This document shows, piece after piece, positions 51,655-60,609 of a stretch of 64,000 bases of DNA. The position numbers were made by a program, and so were the translations under genes. This stretch comes from Limisphaerales bacterium (GTDB lineage Bacteria > Verrucomicrobiota > Verrucomicrobiia > Limisphaerales > UBA1100), in contig CBFHWX010000002.1 of the NCBI GenBank assembly GCA_965659445.1, forward strand, positions 9,243 to 73,242. Direction: 5' to 3'. Every line of letters starts with the position of its first letter. Position 1 is the first letter of the stretch. Under the pieces are notes generated by a model that was given only the letters and a program-made list of their open reading frames with translations, was not told the DNA's origin and made no database searches.

Positions 51655-51895
51655 GCTACTTCCAAAGAATTTGATATTGAATTCAGAAAGTCAAAGTGAG
51701 TTGATCTGCGAATCGACGGGCGCGAAGCGTTTAATGCATATATCGTTGTCCTTTTCGTATGGTCCACCGGAAAAAGGGGGGGGCAAAGCGCGCACTTAGT
51801 CGCGGTGAAAGCTACATCAAGTATATCCCAACAGCGCAATGCAGGCGCAACTCGAAAGTGGCCAGATTTGATCAGTTATCGGAAGGAATAATTGC

Positions 51896-52429
51896 ATGTG
51901 TGGACTGAACTTGGAGAGATTGGAATCGATTGTTTGTGATTTTGATGGTGTGCTGACAGACAATCGCGTGTGGACGGATGCTGAGGGGCGTGAAATGGTA
52001 GTGTGTCATCGGGGTGATGGTTTGGCATTCGATGTGTTGCGAGCGATGCCCGTGAAAGTATTTATTCTTTCCACTGAAACGAACCCGGTAGTTGCGCGAC
52101 GGGCACAAAAGCTGTGTGTGCCTTGCTTGCAGTCGGTTGGTTGCAAAGCGGAGGCATTGCGCGAGTTATCGGCAGAACATCAATTTTCATTGGGGCACAC
52201 GTTGTTTATAGGTAACGATTTAAATGATCTGGCAGCAATGGATTTATGTGGGTACCGTGCGTGTCCGGCGGACGCGCATCCGGTAGTTCGATCGCGCGCG
52301 CATATAGTCACCGGTGTGGTGGGCGGTAATGGGGTGGTCCGGGAATTAGTGGAGAAACACTTGAGCATAGACATGGACAAGGCGTTGCGGAAAGGCGCTG
52401 GTGGGGAAGAAGGGCGAGAATGTTCATAA
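51896..52429 (+). CDS. HAD-IIIA phosphatase of the KdsC / ulosonate-phosphate phosphatase family
   Basis: The HAD motif I is IVCDFDGVLTDNRVW. Also present are GDGLAFDVLR, FIGNDLNDLAAM and GGNGVVRELVE, as in KdsC and KDN-9-P phosphatase. It overlaps the NeuB-like gene by 10 nt. Confidence 0.85.
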   Translation: MCGLNLERLESIVCDFDGVLTDNRVWTDAEGREMVVCHRGDGLAFDVLRAMPVKVFILSTETNPVVARRAQKLCVPCLQSVGCKAEALRELSAEHQFSLGHTLFIGNDLNDLAAMDLCGYRACPADAHPVVRSRAHIVTGVVGGNGVVRELVEKHLSIDMDKALRKGAGGEEGRECS

Positions 52430-53262
52430 TCGCTGAGATCGGAATTAATCACAATGGGGATGTAGACATTGCGCAGGCGTTAATCTGTACGGCCAAGGAA
52501 GCGGGATGTGACGCGGTGAAATTTCAGAAGCGAACCTTGGAGGTGGTGTATCCGGCGGAGGTGCTTGACGCGCCACGGGAGAGCCCTTGGGGTACAACCA
52601 ATCGCCAGCAGAAAGAAGCACTTGAGTTTGGCCGAAAGGAGTATGAGCAGATCGATGCGTTTTGCCGCGAACTAAACATTGAATGGTTTGCTTCGGCCTG
52701 GGACAAGGAGAGCCAAATTTTTCTGCGGCAGTTTAATCTTAAGTACAACAAGATTGCCTCGGCGATGATTGTAGATGAATCGCACTTGCGCCAAGTGGCG
52801 GAGGAAGGGAAGCATACCTTCATTTCCACAGGGATGAGCCAGATGACGGACATTGAACGGGCGGTGACGGTGTTTCGTGAATTGGGCTGTTCCTTTGAGT
52901 TGATGCATACCATCTCGACATATCCTATGAAAGATGAAGACGCTAACCTGAACTGCATACCCATGCTTCGTAAAAAATTCCAATGTGATGTGGGCTACAG
53001 CGGTCATGAGTCGGGACTGGCAGTATCTTATGCGGCTGCGGCGTTGGGGATCAGTTCGTTGGAACGGCACATTACTTTGGATCGAGTGATGTACGGGTCC
53101 GATCAGGCGGCTTCTGTAGAGCCAGTCGGCCTGCGCATGCTGGTGGGTGCGGTGCGCAAGATTGAGGAGGCGATGGGCGACGGGGAGAAATGCCTGCTGG
53201 AAAGCGAGAGACCTATCGCCCAAAAGTTGCGGTTGCATTTGCCTTGGGAGTCTGGTGAATGA
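52420..53262 (+). CDS. NeuB-family (sialic/ulosonic acid) synthase, TIM-barrel only, without the C-terminal SAF/AFP-like domain
   Basis: MFIIAEIGINHNGDVDIAQALICTAKEAGCDAVKFQKRT is the NeuB N-terminal signature. GYSGHESG and LERHITLD are also present. At 280 aa it is about 60-70 aa shorter than canonical NeuB, PseI or LegI. Confidence 0.85.
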   Translation: MFIIAEIGINHNGDVDIAQALICTAKEAGCDAVKFQKRTLEVVYPAEVLDAPRESPWGTTNRQQKEALEFGRKEYEQIDAFCRELNIEWFASAWDKESQIFLRQFNLKYNKIASAMIVDESHLRQVAEEGKHTFISTGMSQMTDIERAVTVFRELGCSFELMHTISTYPMKDEDANLNCIPMLRKKFQCDVGYSGHESGLAVSYAAAALGISSLERHITLDRVMYGSDQAASVEPVGLRMLVGAVRKIEEAMGDGEKCLLESERPIAQKLRLHLPWESGE

Positions 53263-53514
53263 AATTACACAAACGAAAGCCCGTCGGTTGTGGCTCGAGC
53301 GCATGTAGGGGTGGTTGCTGCTCAAGCATAAAAAGGCCGGTATCAGACGCATTCGACGAGGTGCTGGCGTGATGAGCTTCCCAAGGCATAGCAGATTTAC
53401 CGGATATATTTTTCCGACGGCGGGATTTGGATTTTAATGGCGTGATGACCAGACAGGCTTATAAGGAAGACGAAGGGGTCGCGGTTTTTTGCGAACAGGT
53501 TGAACTGGGGGGGA

Positions 53515-54285
53515 ATGTTTGGAATGCCTGACGCTGCGCATGATTCCACGGTGGCCATCATTCCCGCCAGATCGGGATCGAAATCCGTTCCTGATAAGAA
53601 CATCGCTGATCTTGCTGGCCATCCTGTGTTGGCTTACAGCATTGCCGTGGCGAGATTGAGTCAGGAAATCGATCGAGTGTTGGTTTCAACTGACAGTAAT
53701 GACTATGCCGACCTTGCCCGGGAATATGGAGCGGAAGCTCCATTTTTGCGACCGGCGGAGTTGGCTTCTGACACTGCGGGGGATTTGGAAGTCCTACGCC
53801 ATGTCATGGACTGGATGAGCGACCATGAACATCATGTGCCGGAGTACTGGGTGTATCTTCGACCGAGTACTCCGCTGCGGGATCCCGTGTTGGTGGACCA
53901 AGCCATCCGGCAGTTCAAAGATACCGGCGAAGCAGTATCTCTGCGCTCGGCGCATCCCGCTCCAGAAAGTCCTAGGAAGTGGTTTCGCAAATTGGGTAAT
54001 AACTTTTTTCCCCTGATGGACGGCGTTACCATGGCGGAAACCGACCAGCCAAAAGAGGCCTTTGCCACGGCTTTTGTTCCGGATGGTTATGTGGATGTTT
54101 TCAAAACCTCCCACGTGCGCGGCCGAGGAGCACTGCACGGTGATCGTATCATGGCGTTTGTCTCACCTGTTAACACGGAAATCGACAGTGCCGAAGAGTT
54201 GGACTATCTGCGCCACCAACTGGAGAGTAACGGATCGCCGTTGTTGGAGTTCTTAAATAAACTAGAGAGAGGAGGAACGCCGTAG
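53515..54285 (+). CDS. CMP-ulosonic acid (acylneuraminate-type) cytidylyltransferase
   Basis: AIIPARSGSKSVPDKNIADLAGHPVLAYSI...RVLVSTDS...FLRPAELASD is the NeuA/KdsB-family N-terminal pattern. The start is uncertain: the track gives a TTG at 53500, and ATGs lie at 53515 and 53524. Confidence 0.85.
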   Translation: MFGMPDAAHDSTVAIIPARSGSKSVPDKNIADLAGHPVLAYSIAVARLSQEIDRVLVSTDSNDYADLAREYGAEAPFLRPAELASDTAGDLEVLRHVMDWMSDHEHHVPEYWVYLRPSTPLRDPVLVDQAIRQFKDTGEAVSLRSAHPAPESPRKWFRKLGNNFFPLMDGVTMAETDQPKEAFATAFVPDGYVDVFKTSHVRGRGALHGDRIMAFVSPVNTEIDSAEELDYLRHQLESNGSPLLEFLNKLERGGTP

Positions 54286-55667
54286 TGGCTGAATCTACCA
54301 TGGTCGCCGCGCCGGTGGAGGTGCCTCAAGTGGACACGCCGCATCGCCGCATCGTCACGCCGCTTCCAGTTCCGGAAAGTATAGCCCTGTTTGAAAGGCT
54401 TGAACGGACGGAGGCGCGCTCCATGCACGGTCAGCTGCCAGTGATCTGGGATCGGGCTGATGGTATTCATGTTTACGATCCCTGGGGCAACATGTGGCTG
54501 GATTTCACCAGCACCATTTGTGTCGCTAACGCCGGCCACGGTCACCCAGCGGTGGTGGAGGCCATCCGTCACCAGATAGATCGGCCGCTTCTGCACACCT
54601 ACACCTTTGCCCATGCCGAACGAGTGGCGTTTCTGGAATACCTGATTGCCCACACCCCTTCCCAATTTGAAAAGGCGTTTCTGGTATCTGCTGGATCGGA
54701 GGCGGTGGAGGCTTCGCTGAAGCTGATGCGCCTACACGGCCAAGCAGCCGGCAAGCGCCGAGGGGGCGTGCTCTGTATTGAGGGCAACTGGCATGGCCGC
54801 ACGCTGGGCGCACAGATGATGGCTTCCAACCCGGTCCAGCGCGAATGGATTGGCTACCATGATCCCAACCTGCATCACTTGCCCTTTCCGTTTCCTTGGG
54901 TGACAGAGATCGCCAACGATCCCGTGGCCTTTTTCCGGAAGAGCCTGGAGGAACTGGAGCAGACCCACGGTCTGGATCCGACACGGGATTTATGCGGCGT
55001 GATGCTTGAAACCTACCAAGGATGGGGCGGTTTTTTTTACCCCCCCGAATTCGTGCTGGAGTTGGTCCGCTTCGCCCGAGAGCATGATCTGCTGGTCACT
55101 TTTGATGAAGTGCAATCCGGTTTTGGGCGGACCGGTGAGCTATTCGGTTACATGCATTATGGCGTGGAGCCGGACATCATCTGTTGCGGCAAGGGCGCCA
55201 GCTCCAGCGTGCCGTTGGCATTTGTAATGGGATCGCGGAAGATCATGGACCTACCCGAATTTGGCTCCATGAGTTCCACGCACTCAGCCAACCCCTTGGC
55301 CTGTGCCGCAGGACGGGCCAGTTTTGAGGTGTTGCTTAACGAGGGGTTGATTGACAATTCCCGCAGTCTGGGTGCTCAAATGCACGAGCGCTTGCAGGCA
55401 CTTCCGCTGCGCCACCCCCAACACATCCGTTCAGTGGAAGGGCGAGGCCTTATGGCCGGGATTATCTTTTACAATGAAGATGGCTCCAGCGGCACGGACC
55501 TATGCAACCAGATGTGTGAGCGGGCTATGCAGCGCGGATTGCTGGTGGTGAAGACAGGGCGCGAATCTATAAAGCTAACGCCGCCCCTGAACATCGATGA
55601 GGCGGCTTTGTTTGAAGGAATCGAAGTGCTGGAGGAAGTGGTGAACCAGGTGATCGCCGATGATTAG
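54285..55667 (+). CDS. Class III PLP-dependent aminotransferase
   Basis: Motifs are SAGSEAVEASLKLMR, FDEVQSGFGRTGELFG and the Lys motif DIICCGKGASS. The GTG start overlaps the upstream stop; an alternative ATG lies at 54300. Confidence 0.9.
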   Translation: MAESTMVAAPVEVPQVDTPHRRIVTPLPVPESIALFERLERTEARSMHGQLPVIWDRADGIHVYDPWGNMWLDFTSTICVANAGHGHPAVVEAIRHQIDRPLLHTYTFAHAERVAFLEYLIAHTPSQFEKAFLVSAGSEAVEASLKLMRLHGQAAGKRRGGVLCIEGNWHGRTLGAQMMASNPVQREWIGYHDPNLHHLPFPFPWVTEIANDPVAFFRKSLEELEQTHGLDPTRDLCGVMLETYQGWGGFFYPPEFVLELVRFAREHDLLVTFDEVQSGFGRTGELFGYMHYGVEPDIICCGKGASSSVPLAFVMGSRKIMDLPEFGSMSSTHSANPLACAAGRASFEVLLNEGLIDNSRSLGAQMHERLQALPLRHPQHIRSVEGRGLMAGIIFYNEDGSSGTDLCNQMCERAMQRGLLVVKTGRESIKLTPPLNIDEAALFEGIEVLEEVVNQVIADD

Positions 55668-56094
55668 CGCCCTGCGTCATACCGGGCTGGTGGTGCAAGA
55701 TCTAGAGTCCGCCATCGGATTTTACGAGGGTTTGGGGCTGCGTCTTTGGCGGCGTGAGACAGAGACAGGGCCATTTATTGAGCAGGTTACCGGTTTGTCT
55801 GGTGTACGTCTCGAATGGGCAAAACTCAAGGCCCCAGACGATTCGCTTTTGGAACTACTGCAATATCATTCACACCCCGCAAACGCTCTGCATGAAATTG
55901 CCCCCGTCCAAACTCATGGCTGTTCGCATGTCGCTTTCACCGTGGCAGATGTGGAAGCCACCTGTGCGCGTGTTAAAGAACTTGGAGGCACGGTGACCAA
56001 CCCTCCCGCACTATCATCTGATAAATGCGTGTGTGTGGCCTACGGGCACGATGTAGATGGGGTTCTAATCGAACTGGTGGAGGAACTGTCTTGA
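55660..56094 (+). CDS. VOC (glyoxalase/bleomycin-resistance/epimerase fold) family protein
   Basis: 144 aa. LRHTGLVVQDLESAIGFYEGLGL and GCSHVAFTVADVEATCARVKELGG are typical paired beta-alpha-beta-beta-beta modules. It overlaps the aminotransferase stop. Confidence 0.75.
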   Translation: MISALRHTGLVVQDLESAIGFYEGLGLRLWRRETETGPFIEQVTGLSGVRLEWAKLKAPDDSLLELLQYHSHPANALHEIAPVQTHGCSHVAFTVADVEATCARVKELGGTVTNPPALSSDKCVCVAYGHDVDGVLIELVEELS

Positions 56095-56978
56095 ACAGTA
56101 CTCTGTGTTGTATCGTTTGTGGTGGGAAACAATTTGAAACAGTTTATTGCGGGGCCATTCGTGCTGGATCGTATGGTAAGATTACTGAGGATGTGCATGA
56201 GGTAGTAGAGTGTAACGGATGTGGTTTTCGACACTTGAAGGAGTTTGTTCAGATAAATTATGAGACTGACTCCTACCGTGAGAATTATAACAATTCTGCC
56301 GAAGTGGAGGATTACTTGTCTACGCATACTTCCGAACAGGAATTGCGCCTGAAACGCATTGGCCTCAACCGGTTTCGTGAAAAAAAGGTACTCGATTTTG
56401 GCTGTGGAGGCGGTGCGTTTTTGGATGCCGTCAAAGACGTTGCCTACGCCACGATAGGCATTGAGCCCATGACCAGTTTCCACTCAAGCCTCCTCGAACG
56501 AGGCCATCAAGTAGTGGTGTCTGCTAATGACCCGGATTTGACTGACGGTATGGCGGATGTGGTAGTGTCTTTTGGAGTCATTGAACACGTCGAGGATCCA
56601 CTGGCTCACCTATTCGACATTCATCGCTTCCTTACCCCCGGCGGAGTAGCATTCCTGGAAACCGACAACCTGAAGGAGATTCTTATGTGTTTGGCGCTCC
56701 CGGAATTTGAGCGGTTCTTCTATCGCACAGCGCATGCTTGGTACTTCTCCTCTGGGACTCTGGAAACTTTGTGCCACAAGGCTGGTTTTGCGACCGTACT
56801 TCCGGGCCATCGGCATGGCTACGATTTGTCGAACTTTATTCTTTGGCTGCGTGATCGAGAACCCACGGGGATAGGTCGTTTACGGTTGCTGAGTGGAGCT
56901 TCTGACCAGGAATGGAAGGCGACCTTGGAAAAGGCCGGCTTGGCTGATTTGCTTTTATTTGAACTTACCAAGGATTGA
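56091..56978 (+). CDS. Class I SAM-dependent methyltransferase with an N-terminal Cys4 ribbon
   Basis: The SAM motif I is VLDFGCGGGAFLD. The N-terminus has CCIVCGG...ECNGCGF. The proposed TTG start at 56091 overlaps the VOC stop (tTGA). The track start at 56025 would overlap the VOC gene by 70 nt. Confidence 0.8.
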   Translation: MNSTLCCIVCGGKQFETVYCGAIRAGSYGKITEDVHEVVECNGCGFRHLKEFVQINYETDSYRENYNNSAEVEDYLSTHTSEQELRLKRIGLNRFREKKVLDFGCGGGAFLDAVKDVAYATIGIEPMTSFHSSLLERGHQVVVSANDPDLTDGMADVVVSFGVIEHVEDPLAHLFDIHRFLTPGGVAFLETDNLKEILMCLALPEFERFFYRTAHAWYFSSGTLETLCHKAGFATVLPGHRHGYDLSNFILWLRDREPTGIGRLRLLSGASDQEWKATLEKAGLADLLLFELTKD

Positions 56979-57063
56979 AGTGTATTTGGGGTTTTGTGAC
57001 AAAAGTCTGATGGTGACCGTGCTTGGTGTAGTATTTATGGCTGAAGGCTTCCAAGTTTAGCAT

Positions 57064-57918
57064 ATGATCTGTAATTTGAATAAGCGCATTGGATTCATAC
57101 AGGGCCGGTTATCTCCGTTAGTGAATGGCCGAATTCAAGCTTTTCCAAAAGATTATTGGTGTGAAGAGTTTTCTTTGGCACAGGGACAAGGCATTTGTCT
57201 GATGGAGTGGACATTGGATCATGACGCACTTCACGAAAACCCCCTCCTCACGACTGATGGACGAACAGAGATGCAAAGGCTTTCTGATATTCACCAGGTA
57301 TCTATCCCTTCTCTTACGGGTGATTGTTTTATGCAGTTTCCATTTTGGAAGGCTCCAAAGGCTCAACGGGAAAGTTTGGAGCATGACTTTCTGGCGGTTA
57401 TTGATGCTTGCTCTATTGTGGGGATTGAATTTGTAGTTGTTCCTTTGGTGGATAATGGAAGTCTTGAGGCAACAAAAGAAGAGAATGTTCTGGTTGAGTT
57501 TATGGAACGGCATGCTGAGGTTTTTCGAGCGAGAAAGGTATCTATTTTATTTGAGTCAGATTTCGTTTCTGCCGAGCTCAAACGTTTAATTAAAACATTT
57601 CCGGCGGGAGTTTTTGGCATTAACTACGACACGGGAAACAGCGCATCTCTCGGTTATCAGTTTCAGGATGAAATTGAAGCATACGGAGATCGAATCCTGA
57701 ATGTGCATATTAAGGACCGACTTCTTGGTGGGACGACGGTACCTTTGGGTACTGGTAACGCGAAATTGCCAGAGACAATTTCTGCGTTAGAACGGCAAGG
57801 GTATGAGGGTAATTATATTCTTCAGACGGCCCGTGCTCTTGATAATGACCATGTTGGTGCGATACACCGTTACCGCGAAATGGCAAAGGATTGGATAAGT
57901 CAGGCCAGATGGAATTAG
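57064..57918 (+). CDS. Xylose-isomerase-like TIM-barrel protein (sugar or sugar-phosphate isomerase/epimerase)
   Basis: 284 aa. IGFIQGRLSP...EWTLD, FESD and LNVHIKDRL resemble the UlaE/SgbU/hexulose-phosphate isomerase type. Confidence 0.7.
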   Translation: MICNLNKRIGFIQGRLSPLVNGRIQAFPKDYWCEEFSLAQGQGICLMEWTLDHDALHENPLLTTDGRTEMQRLSDIHQVSIPSLTGDCFMQFPFWKAPKAQRESLEHDFLAVIDACSIVGIEFVVVPLVDNGSLEATKEENVLVEFMERHAEVFRARKVSILFESDFVSAELKRLIKTFPAGVFGINYDTGNSASLGYQFQDEIEAYGDRILNVHIKDRLLGGTTVPLGTGNAKLPETISALERQGYEGNYILQTARALDNDHVGAIHRYREMAKDWISQARWN

Positions 57919-58691
57919 GACTCGAAAATTCACGAGTGTTAATTACCGGTTCATCGCGTGGAATAGGTCATGGGATTGCTGCCTCTTTTATGGAAGAAGG
58001 AGCAATCGCGGTCTTGACCGGCAGAGATGAGAAAGATTTAACTGCTGCTCAAGAAATTCTTATCGGTGAGCATGGTGCAGATCATGTGGAGGCATACGCA
58101 GGAAACCTCGGTGAGCCTGCAGTCCGATCTGGATTGTATGAATATTTAGCTCCTCGTGGATTAGATCATCTTGTGTGCAACATTGGCTCAGGTCGGTCGG
58201 TTCCGGCATTCCAGGAAAATGATGAAGAGTGGCGCCGTATGTTTGATGTAAATATTGTGCAAGCTGCTGGTGTATTGCGACAGCTGCGCGACCTTTTGGT
58301 TGCGAGTGCGCAACGTGGGCGGGATACAAGCGTTACATTTATTGGGTCGATTTGCGGGATGGAAGCACTGGGTTGCCCTTTGCCTTATGCATCTGCAAAA
58401 GCAGCGTTATGGGCATATGCAAAAAATCTGGTCCAACCACTGGCGAAAGATGGCATTCGGGTCAATCAGGTTACTCTGGGTAATATCTTGTTCCCAGGAT
58501 CGACATGGGAGAATAAGCTGGATGAGGGGGAGGCAAGTGTACAACAAATGCTGGAAAAGGAAGTAGCCATGCGTCGTCTTGGCACCGTGCAAGAAGTGTC
58601 GGCTGCCGTTGTTTTTCTCGCATCGAAGCAGGCAGCATTTATTACTGGTGCAAATCTGGTTGTCGACGGCGGCCAGACAAGGGGGTTATGA
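57909..58691 (+). CDS. Short-chain dehydrogenase/reductase (SDR)
   Basis: The cofactor motif is VLITGSSRGIGHGIA and the catalytic motif is YASAKAAL. The ATG at 57909 overlaps the upstream stop. Confidence 0.85.
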   Translation: MELGLENSRVLITGSSRGIGHGIAASFMEEGAIAVLTGRDEKDLTAAQEILIGEHGADHVEAYAGNLGEPAVRSGLYEYLAPRGLDHLVCNIGSGRSVPAFQENDEEWRRMFDVNIVQAAGVLRQLRDLLVASAQRGRDTSVTFIGSICGMEALGCPLPYASAKAALWAYAKNLVQPLAKDGIRVNQVTLGNILFPGSTWENKLDEGEASVQQMLEKEVAMRRLGTVQEVSAAVVFLASKQAAFITGANLVVDGGQTRGL

Positions 58692-58706
58692 ATATAGGGG
58701 GAGAAA

Positions 58707-59540
58707 ATTAGGGTTCGTGATCAGTTTGACCTAACCGGCAGGCATGCGGTCATAACCGGTGGTGCGGGAATGTTGGGGGTTAAGCATGCCGAAGCCATTG
58801 CTGAACTGGGGGGAATCCCTGTCATCGTCGATATCGACATGGAGCGATGCGATCAGGTGGCGGAGCAAATCAGGAAAGAATTCAAGGTAAACTGCATTGC
58901 AGCTCCTGCGGATATAACAGACCCACAACAGGTCGTTAAATTGTGTGATAGCCTCTTAGAGGATTGCGGTCACCTCGATATCCTCATCAATAATGCCGCC
59001 AACAATCCGTCAGTTGGTTTAGGCGGTATGGATCAAGTTCATGGTTCCCGGATGGAGGTATTTCCCTTGGAGGTTTGGAATCAGGATATTGCGGTTGGCT
59101 TAACCGGAGCTTTCCTCTGTGCACGTACCTTTGGCCAGTTAATGGCTAAACAGGGTAAGGGAGTGATTCTGAATATTGCTTCTGATCTCGCCCTAATTTC
59201 ACCCGATCAACGTCTCTATCATAAGTCAGGTTTGCCTGAACAGGCTCAATCCGTGAAGCCCGTAACTTACTCTGTGGTAAAGAGCGGACTGATTGGCTTG
59301 ACCCGTTATTTGGCTACCTACTGGGCAGATCGCGGGGTGCGTTGTAATGCCCTATCTCCCGGTGGTATTTATGTCGATCAAGAAGAGGGTTTTGTGCAAC
59401 GCCTAAGCCAACTGATTCCGATGGGGCGCATGGCCACCAAGGATGAATATAAAGCCGCTGTGGCTTTTCTGGTTTCTGATGCTTCCAGCTATATGAACGG
59501 CGCAAATCTGGTTATTGACGGCGGGCGAACGGCGTTGTGA
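58707..59540 (+). CDS. Short-chain dehydrogenase/reductase (SDR); start codon unresolved
   Basis: The catalytic motif is YSVVKSGL and NNAA is present. The cofactor motif VITGGAGMLG begins upstream of the first canonical start (ATG 58770). The only candidate in the open frame is ATT at 58707, which has GGAG 4 nt upstream. Confidence 0.7.
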   Translation: MRVRDQFDLTGRHAVITGGAGMLGVKHAEAIAELGGIPVIVDIDMERCDQVAEQIRKEFKVNCIAAPADITDPQQVVKLCDSLLEDCGHLDILINNAANNPSVGLGGMDQVHGSRMEVFPLEVWNQDIAVGLTGAFLCARTFGQLMAKQGKGVILNIASDLALISPDQRLYHKSGLPEQAQSVKPVTYSVVKSGLIGLTRYLATYWADRGVRCNALSPGGIYVDQEEGFVQRLSQLIPMGRMATKDEYKAAVAFLVSDASSYMNGANLVIDGGRTAL

Positions 59541-59740
59541 AACGGTCTCTGGTTACTGCAACAATCGAGCAGCCTTGGCCTAAGGATGGCTGTATTTTGT
59601 TCCAAATGTTGAGTGTGGAAAGCGAGAGCTCCCGTGCCTGCTTTAGCGCTTGAGTCAAGCACTGGAAATCCCTGTCCGTTGAATCACTGATTCTGTCGGA
59701 TGGAAAATCAGTCATCAAGAATTTGACGACTTAATTAGGG

Positions 59741-60607
59741 CTAAGCAATTGAGTTGGTTGTAAGATAATCCAAGCCAAACTCGCTGACGCATTTGCCGGA
59801 CAAATCCCCCGCGATAAGTTTATCAACCTGTTCTGAGTTTCCCTGTTCCATTGCATGGTGGATTTGGCAACAAACCTCAGGAGGGAGGGCTGGGAATTGA
59901 TCGGCGATCTGAGGCTTTACCGGCAATTGAATGCCACCAAAACTTCGACTACGAGCCTTGTGCCCATATAAGCTGTGCCAACGTTGGAAGAATAACTCCT
60001 GATCTTGTTCGAAATGCTCGGCTCTACGGTTGGTCTCAACTTCATCTTCTATATTGGCAAATTCCATCCAAGCGTCCGGGCAGGTGATTACCCTTCCACC
60101 GTAATGCCATGTCCGCAGTGAAAGATCCGGATCTCCGTAATAAGAATGAAAATAAGTGTCGTAAAATCCACCGAGCTGCGCCACGTGTTTGCGCTTTATG
60201 AACGGGAAACACGAATACAGAAACCCGTAGACACCCGGCTCCGTTCGTTCGCCAGTCACATCAAACGCCCTGAAATTGCCAATCATCAGACTGTCATCTT
60301 CCTTTTCCATAAAGGATAACATGTTTGAAGCCCATTGCGGGGTGACATACGTGTCATCGGCCAGTGCTACTACATATTCTCCGTCTGCATTTAAATACCC
60401 TTGAGTATTCGCATGGCACGATCCCTTGGGGGAGATTTCCTCAACATGCTTTACGCGTGGATGGTCTATTTTGAAAGGAGCAACCAATACCACTTCGTAA
60501 TCGACATCACCGGTCCATCGATCAATTCGATCTACGCAACGCCGTGCGCGATCCACCCGGAGTGAGGGAAGGATGATGCTCAGCTTTGGCTCGTTAGATG
60601 TGAGCAT
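59741..60607 (-). CDS. GT2-family (GT-A fold) glycosyltransferase
   Basis: LSIILPSLRVDRARRCVDRI...YEVVLVAP and ALADDTYV (DxD-like) are present. It is 288 aa. Confidence 0.7.
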   Translation of the reverse strand: MLTSNEPKLSIILPSLRVDRARRCVDRIDRWTGDVDYEVVLVAPFKIDHPRVKHVEEISPKGSCHANTQGYLNADGEYVVALADDTYVTPQWASNMLSFMEKEDDSLMIGNFRAFDVTGERTEPGVYGFLYSCFPFIKRKHVAQLGGFYDTYFHSYYGDPDLSLRTWHYGGRVITCPDAWMEFANIEDEVETNRRAEHFEQDQELFFQRWHSLYGHKARSRSFGGIQLPVKPQIADQFPALPPEVCCQIHHAMEQGNSEQVDKLIAGDLSGKCVSEFGLDYLTTNSIA

Positions 60608-60609
60608 GG

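Noticed and set aside
53263-53499. The 237-nt gap between the NeuB-like and cytidylyltransferase genes might hold a small ORF or a riboswitch.
   Set aside because: It holds only a 21-codon ORF without an RBS and weak 4-bp stems. I recognised no conserved riboswitch-like architecture. It may simply carry an internal promoter.
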